Position numbers and translations under genes: made by a program
NCBI GenBank assembly: GCA_963816355.1
Contig: CAWFKH010000003.1
Coordinates: 1,440,001 to 1,504,000, forward strand
From: an uncultured Gemmatimonadales bacterium
GTDB lineage: Bacteria; Gemmatimonadota; Gemmatimonadetes; Longimicrobiales; RSA9
Length of the DNA: 64,000 bases
Reading direction: 5' to 3'
In this document: in pieces, positions 56,591 to 64,000 of the stretch
Numbering within the stretch: position 1 is the stretch's first letter
Layout: each line of letters begins with the position of its first letter
The notes under the pieces: generated by a model
Database searches by the model: none
What the model was told of the DNA's origin: nothing
The model's input: only the letters and a program-made list of their open reading frames with translations

Positions 56591-57999
56591 CAGCGGATTC
56601 CCTCCTCCCACAGCTCGCGGAAGGTGCGCGGGCTCGGTCGCAAGCCGCCGCGGACGCCGTTCCAGGCGCGCAGGACGGGAAGGAGGCGGCCGCGCAGGGC
56701 GACCTGCGGGATCATGCGGAGAAGGCGGGACGCGGCACGGTAGCGGGCGGGGCTTCGCATGGCGGCGGCGAAGGCGCGGACCATGGCGCCCTCGGCGCGT
56801 GGCGCGGACTCCGCCTCGACGGCGCGCCGGCGCCATTCCACCAGGAGGCTCGGGATCGGGATGCGCACGGGGCAGACGTCGCGGCAGGCGCCGCAGAGCG
56901 TAGAGGCGGCGGGCAGCTCGGCGGCGCGATCGAGGCCGAGCATCGCCGGCGCGAGGGCGGCGCCGATCGGACCGGAATACGCCCATCCGTAAGGGTGGCC
57001 CCCGGTCTGGCGGTAGACGGGACACACGTTGAGGCACGCGGAGCAGCGGACGCAGCGGAGGGCCTCCCAGGCGCGTGCGTCGCCGAGCAGCGCGCTACGA
57101 CCGTTGTCGACGAGGACGACGTGCAGCGCCTCCGGGCCGTCCGGCTCGTCCGCCGCACGCGGCCCGTGGAGCAGCGAGACGAAGGTCCCGATCGGCTGCC
57201 CGGTCGCGCTCCGACTGACGATCTGGAGGAACGACGCGAGGTCGGCGAGGGTCGCCAGGAGCTTCTCGATGCCGACGAGGGCCACGTGCACGCGCGGCAG
57301 CGACGTCGTCAAGCGGATGTTGCCCTCGTTCTCGATCAGCGCGAGCGTCCCCGTTTCGGCGACGAGGAAGTTGGCGCCCGTGATGCCCATGTCGGCGGCG
57401 ATGAAGCGCTCGCGAAGCACGCGCCGCGCGGCCGCGGCGAGCGTCTGCGCCGAGGCGTCCGGCGGCGTGCCGAGCCGCTCGGCGAAGAGACGGCGGATGT
57501 CGTCGATACCGCGGTGGATCGCGGGCGCGAGGATGTGGCTTGGCGGCTCGCCTCCGAGCTGAACGACGTACTCGCCGAGATCGGTCTCCACGGCGTCGAC
57601 TCCGCGGGAGGCGAGCAGCGCGTTCACACCCAGCTCCTCGCTGAGCATGCTCTTCCCCTTCACCACCGATCGCACGCCGTACGCATCGACGAGGCGAAGA
57701 AGAATCTCATGCACGTCTCGTGGCCGTTCCGCCCAGTGGACCACGGCGCCGTTGCGGACCAGCCGCGCCTCCGCCGATTCCAGGTGATCCGCGAGATTGC
57801 GCAACACGTGGTCCCGAACGCTCCGCGCCCAGCTCCGCCACCGCACCGCGTCCGTGCCGGCGAACGCGGCGCGGCGCTGCGCGTCGAAGTGCAGCGTGCC
57901 CCGCGTCACCGCCGCCCGCACCTCCGGCTCCTCCGCCAGGATGCGGCGCGCGCTCCTGCCGAAGGCGATGCGGCCGCCGCCGGTCGGCTCAGCCGTCAC
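56590..57999 (-). CDS. lutB: Lactate utilisation Fe-S protein LutB
   Basis: KGKSMLSEE, ETDLGE, ENEGN, CVRCSACLNVCP and STLCGACRDVCP. Confidence 0.93.
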   Translation of the reverse strand: MTAEPTGGGRIAFGRSARRILAEEPEVRAAVTRGTLHFDAQRRAAFAGTDAVRWRSWARSVRDHVLRNLADHLESAEARLVRNGAVVHWAERPRDVHEILLRLVDAYGVRSVVKGKSMLSEELGVNALLASRGVDAVETDLGEYVVQLGGEPPSHILAPAIHRGIDDIRRLFAERLGTPPDASAQTLAAAARRVLRERFIAADMGITGANFLVAETGTLALIENEGNIRLTTSLPRVHVALVGIEKLLATLADLASFLQIVSRSATGQPIGTFVSLLHGPRAADEPDGPEALHVVLVDNGRSALLGDARAWEALRCVRCSACLNVCPVYRQTGGHPYGWAYSGPIGAALAPAMLGLDRAAELPAASTLCGACRDVCPVRIPIPSLLVEWRRRAVEAESAPRAEGAMVRAFAAAMRSPARYRAASRLLRMIPQVALRGRLLPVLRAWNGVRGGLRPSPRTFRELWEEGIR

Positions 58000-58717
58000 G
58001 TCGCGCCTCCCACAGAAGCGTCGCGAGGTGGCGGACGGGCGGCCCTCCGCCGCGTGCTTCGATCCGGCCGGCGAGATGGAGCAGACAGCCGCCGTCCGCA
58101 GACGTGAGCGCGTCGACCTCCGGCAGGGTGTCGAGCTTGCGATCCGCCATGGCCGCGGAGACGTGCGGCAGCTTCACCGAGAAGAGCCCGCCGAAACCAC
58201 AGCACTCCGCCCCCGCCTCCCAACCCACCAACTCGGCGCCCGCATTGGCGAGCAGAAGCTCCGCCTCCGCACCCAGTCCCAGCTCCCACCGGCCGTGACA
58301 GCCGTGGTGATACGCGATGCGCCTGCCGCGCAGGCCGCGACCCAGCTCGCGCACGCCCAGCTCCTTCACCACGTACTCCGCCAGCTCGAACGTCCGCGAA
58401 GCCAGCGCACGCGCAGCCGGGTCCTCCTCGCCGAACAACTCCCCGTAGAACGAGCGCAGCATCGCGGCGCAGCTTCCGGATGGGAGGACCACCCGCGGCG
58501 CATCGCGGAAGACCGCCAGGGTGTGCCGCGCCATCGCGCGCGCCTCCGCATGGTGGCCCGCGTTGAACGCCGGCTGGCCGCAGCACGTCTGGCCCGCTGG
58601 GAAGGCGACCTCCACGCCGAGCGAACGCAGCAGCCGCACCGCGTCCGCCACCGCGTCCGCGAAGAACTGGTCGCCGAGGCACGTCGCGAAGAGGGCCACA
58701 CTCCTGGAATCCGCCAT
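57989..58717 (-). CDS. lutA: Lactate utilisation CCG-domain protein LutA
   Basis: FATC, QTCCGQP, SGSC, HHGCH and CCGFGG. Confidence 0.93.
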   Translation of the reverse strand: MADSRSVALFATCLGDQFFADAVADAVRLLRSLGVEVAFPAGQTCCGQPAFNAGHHAEARAMARHTLAVFRDAPRVVLPSGSCAAMLRSFYGELFGEEDPAARALASRTFELAEYVVKELGVRELGRGLRGRRIAYHHGCHGRWELGLGAEAELLLANAGAELVGWEAGAECCGFGGLFSVKLPHVSAAMADRKLDTLPEVDALTSADGGCLLHLAGRIEARGGGPPVRHLATLLWEARRDG

Positions 58718-58954
58718 CGTCCGCGCCTTCGACCCTCCTCCCCCTTCGAACTCCTCGCCGACGCAGCGTCGGGTGCTCGGCGCAGCTTAGCGGCGGGCCG
58801 GACTCCCCGAAAGCCTCGTGCGAAACGGCGCGCTCCTCGCCGCCGGCGGGAGCCGCGACACGAGCATGGAAATTGCCACCGACCTCGCGAAGCAGCGAGC
58901 CGCGGAAGGCCTCTTTCGCGGCTGTTTTGCGTTCACGACATCCGGGAGTCCGCC

Positions 58955-59215
58955 GTGGCCCACGTCCTGATCAACGATCCTCAGAGCCTCGCCAACGTCC
59001 TGCGCGAGCGGATCATCGAACATCCCGTGCTGCAGGACCTCGGCGTGCAGGTGGTCCGCGTCACGGCGGACGAGGACGGATTGCGGATCCGAGCCGTTCG
59101 CGGCCACGCGCTCCTCACCGTCCAGGAGCCGCCCGACTGGACGAGGACCGGCTTCCCCGACCTCGCCGAACGGCTCGTGCACCAGCTCGCGGCCGAAGCC
59201 GAGCTCAGCCGCTGA
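58955..59215 (+). CDS. Small hypothetical protein, 86 aa
   Basis: GGGAG RBS and GTG start; GC3-rich codon usage; globular-looking composition. Confidence 0.55.
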   Translation: MAHVLINDPQSLANVLRERIIEHPVLQDLGVQVVRVTADEDGLRIRAVRGHALLTVQEPPDWTRTGFPDLAERLVHQLAAEAELSR

Positions 59216-59225
59216 CACCGCGCCC

Positions 59226-59275
59226 CGCCGGCGGTGCCGAGCCCCATCGCCGGCGGTGCCGAGCCCCACGCCGGC
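59226..59275. repeat. 22-bp tandem repeat, two copies plus a partial
   Basis: CGCCGGCGGTGCCGAGCCCCA at 59226 and 59248. Confidence 0.75.
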
Positions 59276-59567
59276 GCCGGGCCGCCCCGCCTCCGTGGCC
59301 CGCGCCCGCGCCCGTGAACAATCCTCCATTCTAAACGTATAAACTGCAACCCGTTACTGACATCCGCCGAATGCGGCCGCCCTTTCAGGGTCAGAACGTA
59401 TCGTTGACGTGACGACGCGCGTTCATGAGTGGTGACAGAATCGCGCCCTGCCGTGGCGAGTAGATCAGGAGCGAGGAAGTCGACGGCGGGAGACGGCGAC
59501 GGAGCGGGTGTGGGGTCGGAGCGGGCTCACGGGGTGGAATCCTTCAGCGAGACGAGCGAGGTTGAGA

Positions 59568-60362
59568 ATGCGGATGAAGGCCGTCATCGTAGACGACGAA
59601 GCGCTCGCGCGCCGGCGGATTCGTCAGCTCCTGGAGGAGGAGCACGACGTCGAGGTCGTGGCGGAATGCGAGGACGCGGACACGGCGCTGCGTGCGATCC
59701 GCCAGCACAGGCCGAGCCTGCTCTTCCTGGACGTGCAGCTGAGGGGGGAGAGCGGATTCAGGGTGTTCGAGAAGGTGGGGCTGGAGCTGATGCCGGCGAC
59801 GGTGATGGTGACGGGCTACGAGGAGTACGCGGTGCAGGCGTTCGAGTCGAACGCGGTGGACTACGTGTTGAAGCCGGTGAGCGGGGACAGGCTGCACAAG
59901 GCGGTGGAGAAGGCGCGTCGCAAGGCGGCGGAGCACCTGCTGCGCGATCCGGAGCGGCTGTACACGGTGCTGCGGATGGTGGAGACGCGCGGCGGTGAGG
60001 TGGCGGAGGAGGGTTCGGAGACCCGTCCACTGGAGTGGGTCACGGTGAAGGCGGGGGGCGTGGTGCGGCCGATCGCGGCGACGGCGATCGAGCGGCTTGA
60101 GGCCGCGGCGAACTACGTGAAGGTGTACGTGAACGGCGATTACCACGTGGTGCGGAGCACGCTTTCGGCGTTCGAGGAGCAGCTCGATCCGGGGACGTTC
60201 GTGCGCATCCATCGCTCGACGATCATCAACAAGACGGCGATCGAGTCGTTCGAGGCGCTGCCGGGTGGTGACTTCCTCGTCAATCTGCGATCGGGAGCCA
60301 AGGTGAAGCTGAGCCGGAACTTCCGCGAGCAGCTCGAGGAATCGCTCGGCTATGGCATCTAG
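59568..60362 (+). CDS. LytTR family response regulator
   Basis: IVDDE, LFLDVQL, AVDYVLKP and FVRIHRS. Confidence 0.93.
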   Translation: MRMKAVIVDDEALARRRIRQLLEEEHDVEVVAECEDADTALRAIRQHRPSLLFLDVQLRGESGFRVFEKVGLELMPATVMVTGYEEYAVQAFESNAVDYVLKPVSGDRLHKAVEKARRKAAEHLLRDPERLYTVLRMVETRGGEVAEEGSETRPLEWVTVKAGGVVRPIAATAIERLEAAANYVKVYVNGDYHVVRSTLSAFEEQLDPGTFVRIHRSTIINKTAIESFEALPGGDFLVNLRSGAKVKLSRNFREQLEESLGYGI

Positions 60363-61494
60363 CGAGGCGCCCTCCCCGGGCGGCGGCTTTCTCGCCTCGG
60401 ACCCGGCGATGGTCCAGGCGATCCGGCTGGGGCTGGGCGCCTTCGCGCTCGTCCAGATCGTTCAGACGTACCTCTTCCTCTTCGTCATCCCCGGGACGCC
60501 GCCGACGCCCGGGCCCGCGTTGATCGTGACGCTGCGCCTCGGCTATCTCATCGCGGCCGTGCCGACGGCGTACGCGCTCCTGCGGCGCGCGGGCGACGGA
60601 GCGCCGAGCGCTCACGGCCTCGGCATTCGGGCCGCAGGTCTTCTGGGGCTCGGCCTCGGTTACGGCGGGAGCATCATCGTCGCGACGCGCCTCGCGCGCG
60701 GGTTCTGGCCGCCGCCGGGCGAGGTGATGATCAATCACCTCGGCGACTTCATCCTGTACGGCGGCGTGATCTGGCTGGGCGCGCGTGCCGTACTCCTCTA
60801 CCGCCACTACCGGGACCAACGCCTGGAGGCGGCGCTCCTCGAAGGCCGTCTGGCACGCGCGCAGCTGAATTCGCTGAAGATGCAGATCCAGCCGCACTTC
60901 CTCTTCAACACCCTCAACGCCATCGCGACGCTGACGCGCGACGAACCTGCGGCGGCGGAGCGGATGATGCTCGCCCTCGCGGATCTACTGCATCGCGCAC
61001 TCGAGCACGGGCGGCGGCGCGATGTCCGGCTGGCAGACGAGGTCGAGACGGCCGCGCTTTACATGGAGATCCAGAAGATCCGCTTCGGCGACTGGCTCTC
61101 GTTCTCCGTCTCCGTGGAGCCGGCGGCGGGCGAGGCGCGTGTGCCCAGCTTCGTCCTCCAGCCGCTGATCGAGAACGCGATCAAGCACGGGCTGGCTCCG
61201 GCACAGGGCCACGGCCACGTCAGCGTCGAGGCCCGCCTCGCAGGGCGCAGGCTGGTCGTGGAGGTGAGCGACGACGGGGTGGGACCGCGCGAGGGCCGGC
61301 GCGGCGGCGTCGGGCTGCGCAACATCCGCGAGCGGCTGCGCCACATGTACGGAGAGGACGCCTCGGTCGAACTGGTCTCCCGGAACGGCGGCGGCGCGAC
61401 GACGCGACTCGACATCCCGTACGCCTGGAGGCCCGTCCGCCACGACAAGGGTCAACGGGAGGAACCCGCCCTCACCGCGAATCTGACGGCCTGA
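60352..61494 (+). CDS. LytS-type sensor histidine kinase
   Basis: TM region, LKMQIQPHFLFNTLN, ENAIKHG, DDGVG and GVGLRN. Confidence 0.93.
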   Translation: MASSEAPSPGGGFLASDPAMVQAIRLGLGAFALVQIVQTYLFLFVIPGTPPTPGPALIVTLRLGYLIAAVPTAYALLRRAGDGAPSAHGLGIRAAGLLGLGLGYGGSIIVATRLARGFWPPPGEVMINHLGDFILYGGVIWLGARAVLLYRHYRDQRLEAALLEGRLARAQLNSLKMQIQPHFLFNTLNAIATLTRDEPAAAERMMLALADLLHRALEHGRRRDVRLADEVETAALYMEIQKIRFGDWLSFSVSVEPAAGEARVPSFVLQPLIENAIKHGLAPAQGHGHVSVEARLAGRRLVVEVSDDGVGPREGRRGGVGLRNIRERLRHMYGEDASVELVSRNGGGATTRLDIPYAWRPVRHDKGQREEPALTANLTA

Positions 61495-61515
61495 GGCGAT
61501 CGGCCGCCCGCCCGC

Positions 61516-63939
61516 TCACTCCCCGCGGATCACCCGCATCGGCTCGACCGCCGCGGCACGCCGCGCCGGCAGCCACGCGGCGCCGGCCGCGGTCAACATC
61601 CCGAGCACGACGACCCCGGCCAACGTCAACGGATCGACCACCTGCACGTTGTAGAGCAGCGACGCGATCAGGCGGGACCCGATAAGCGCGACCACGACCC
61701 CCACGACCAGTCCACCGGCCACGAGCCGGACCCCCTGCCCAACGATGACGCGCGATACCTGGCCCGGCGTGGCGCCGAGCGCGATCCGCACCGCGATCTC
61801 CCGCGAACGCTGCTCGACGTTGAAGGCGAGGACCGCGAAGATCCCCATCATCGCGAGCAGAAGCGCGACGGCGCTGAACGCGGCGAAGAGGATCGTCACG
61901 AAGCGGCGGTCTCCGAACGAATCGGTGACGACCTGCTGCAGCGTGCGGACGCCGAAGATCGGCAGGTCGGGGTCGATGCCGTTGATCACCTGCCGGATCT
62001 GCGGCAGCAGCCGCGTGGGATCGCCGCTGGAGCGGACGATGTAGACCTGCTCCCCACCGGCGGTGGCGGGGCCCCACGGGTAATAGACCGCCGGCGCCTT
62101 CGCCCCCGTGATGCCGCTTTCCCGCACGCTCCCCACGACGCCGGTGATGCGCAACGGGCTGCTGCCTCCCACCTGAAGCGTGCGTCCCACGGCGTCTCCG
62201 TGCGGAAACAACGTGTTGGCGACGATGTCGCTCACCACGATCACCCGGATCGTGTCTGACGGTGTCGACCCACCATCCGCTTCCGTGAAGAGCTGCCCCT
62301 GCAGGAGCGGGATCCCGGCGGAAGCGAAGAAGTCCGGGTTCACCGCGCGGATCTCGACAAACTTCGCTTGCAGGTTCGGGTCGTCCGGCGACGGAACGCT
62401 GGTGATGTTCCGTCCGCCCTCCAGCGGGACGAGCTGCGTGATGCCGACGTGCCGCACTCCCGCGAGCGCCCGCACCTGCCGCAGCACGCGTTCGGAGAGC
62501 GAGTAGTTGGCGGCCGGCGGGTACGTCGCCTGTGGCGGCTGCACGACGAAGCTCAGGGCGTGCGCGGGCACGATGCCGGTGTCGACGCGGCCCAGCCGCC
62601 AGTAGCTGTGCACCAGCAGGCCGGCGCCGGCGACGACGATCACCGCCATCGCCACCTCGGCGACGACGAGGCCCCTCTGCAGGCTGTAGCGGTGAGGCGA
62701 AAGATTCTGCGCCCCCGCACGCAACCACTCGAAGAGGTCCTCGCCCTCGGATCGCAGCCCCGGCACCACGCCGACGAGGGCGCCGGTCAGGAGCGCGAGC
62801 GCGACGCCGAATGCGACGGCTCCAGCGCCCAGGTGGACCTCGCTCGCCCGTGGCAACGCATCGCCGAACAGCGTGAGGAAGCTGTGCGTGAGGCTCCAGG
62901 CGAGCACCACGCCGAGAAGCGAGGCGACCACCGCGAGCGCCATCGATTCCAGGATGAAGCCGCGCACGACGCGCCACACGCCGGATCCGACCGCGACGCG
63001 GATCGCCGTCGCGCGCCGCCGCCGCTCCGCCTGTACCAGCAACAGCCCCGCGACGTTCAGGCACGCCACCAGCAGGACGAGGAGCACGGCGCCCGAGAGA
63101 AGGTGCAGCGGCGTGTCCGCACCGCCCAGCATCCAGTCGCGCGCGGGCTTCACGTCGATCGTCCAGTCCTTCGTGTTCTGGTCCGAGGTACCGCCACCCG
63201 CGGCCAGGTCCCGCGCCGCGATGCGAGCGACGATCGACCGCAACTCCGCCTGCGCCTGCGCCGCGGTCGCACCCGGCGCGAGCCGGCCGAGAAGGGAGAG
63301 CCGGCGACGGCCCAGGGCATGCATGTCGGCCGCCGTCCACTCCGCAGGAACGAGCAGCTTCGGATCGCCCGGGAACCAGAAGGATGCCGGCAGCACCCCC
63401 ACCACCGTGTACGGAAGTGCGTCGATGATGAGCGTCTTGCCCAGCACGCCGCGATCCCCACCGAAACGGTCCTGCCAGAGCCGCTGGCCGATGATCGCGA
63501 CGCGCGCGGCACCCTGTCGATCTTCGCCCGGCCTGAACTCCCGCCCGACGACCGGCGTCACGCCCAGTGTGTGCAGGAAGTCCGCCGAAACCTGGAGCGC
63601 CGTGAGCCGCTCCGGCGTGCCGCTCACGGCGAGGTTCACGGAGCGGCTCTCGAACGAGCTCAGCGACGCCAGAGTGCGGCTCGACTCCCGCATCTCGATG
63701 AAGCTCGGAACGGAGGTGGTGCCGCTTCCGCTCGAAGGGACGTAGCGGGCCCGCGGTTGCACGAGCCGCTCCGGCGCCTCGTACGGCAGCGGCTTCAGCA
63801 GCGTCCCCTCCACGATGCTGTAGATCGACGTGCTGGCGCCGATGCCGATCGCCAGCATCGCCACGGCCGCCAGCGCGTATCCAGGTCGCCGCAGGATTGA
63901 ACGAATCGCCACCCACAGGTCCCGCGCAACCTCACTCAT
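61516..63939 (-). CDS. ADOP-family duplicated MacB/FtsX ABC permease
   Basis: LAIGIGASTSI, LLKPLPY..PERLV, LLVACLNVAGL, REIAVRIALGA and WLPARRAA. Confidence 0.92.
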   Translation of the reverse strand: MSEVARDLWVAIRSILRRPGYALAAVAMLAIGIGASTSIYSIVEGTLLKPLPYEAPERLVQPRARYVPSSGSGTTSVPSFIEMRESSRTLASLSSFESRSVNLAVSGTPERLTALQVSADFLHTLGVTPVVGREFRPGEDRQGAARVAIIGQRLWQDRFGGDRGVLGKTLIIDALPYTVVGVLPASFWFPGDPKLLVPAEWTAADMHALGRRRLSLLGRLAPGATAAQAQAELRSIVARIAARDLAAGGGTSDQNTKDWTIDVKPARDWMLGGADTPLHLLSGAVLLVLLVACLNVAGLLLVQAERRRRATAIRVAVGSGVWRVVRGFILESMALAVVASLLGVVLAWSLTHSFLTLFGDALPRASEVHLGAGAVAFGVALALLTGALVGVVPGLRSEGEDLFEWLRAGAQNLSPHRYSLQRGLVVAEVAMAVIVVAGAGLLVHSYWRLGRVDTGIVPAHALSFVVQPPQATYPPAANYSLSERVLRQVRALAGVRHVGITQLVPLEGGRNITSVPSPDDPNLQAKFVEIRAVNPDFFASAGIPLLQGQLFTEADGGSTPSDTIRVIVVSDIVANTLFPHGDAVGRTLQVGGSSPLRITGVVGSVRESGITGAKAPAVYYPWGPATAGGEQVYIVRSSGDPTRLLPQIRQVINGIDPDLPIFGVRTLQQVVTDSFGDRRFVTILFAAFSAVALLLAMMGIFAVLAFNVEQRSREIAVRIALGATPGQVSRVIVGQGVRLVAGGLVVGVVVALIGSRLIASLLYNVQVVDPLTLAGVVVLGMLTAAGAAWLPARRAAAVEPMRVIRGE

Positions 63940-64000
63940 CTCTCCTCCACGTTCCTGTCATGTCGAGGCGCGGCGAGGCGAGTCCGACACTCCCTCCTCG

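Overview
This is a very GC-rich bacterial chromosomal segment. The gene repertoire (ADOP-type duplicated permease, M28 and M1-HEAT peptidases, patatin barrel) suggests Gemmatimonadota or a relative, but that is inference only. The core is a mostly minus-strand energy-conservation region of about 35 kb (8.2-43.1 kb). It holds a V/A-type ATP synthase operon, a membrane-bound group 1 [NiFe]-hydrogenase with a full hyp cluster, a four-gene porin-multiheme-cytochrome module (9-heme lipoprotein, beta-barrel, 16-heme periplasmic cytochrome, TPR lipoprotein), a P1B-5-like metal ATPase and a 10-gene Mrp antiporter operon. On the left flank are a metal-uptake operon preceded by a leaderless His/Cys + RAPP leader peptide and a cold-shock gene with a terminator inside its 5' leader. 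On the right flank are a DsrE2-TusA-persulfide dioxygenase-rhodanese sulfur relay, an MhqR-like MarR/yceI pair with two matching operators, lutABC and a LytS/LytTR system. No rRNA, tRNA, CRISPR array or mobile element was recognised. All calls come from motif reading; no database search was run.
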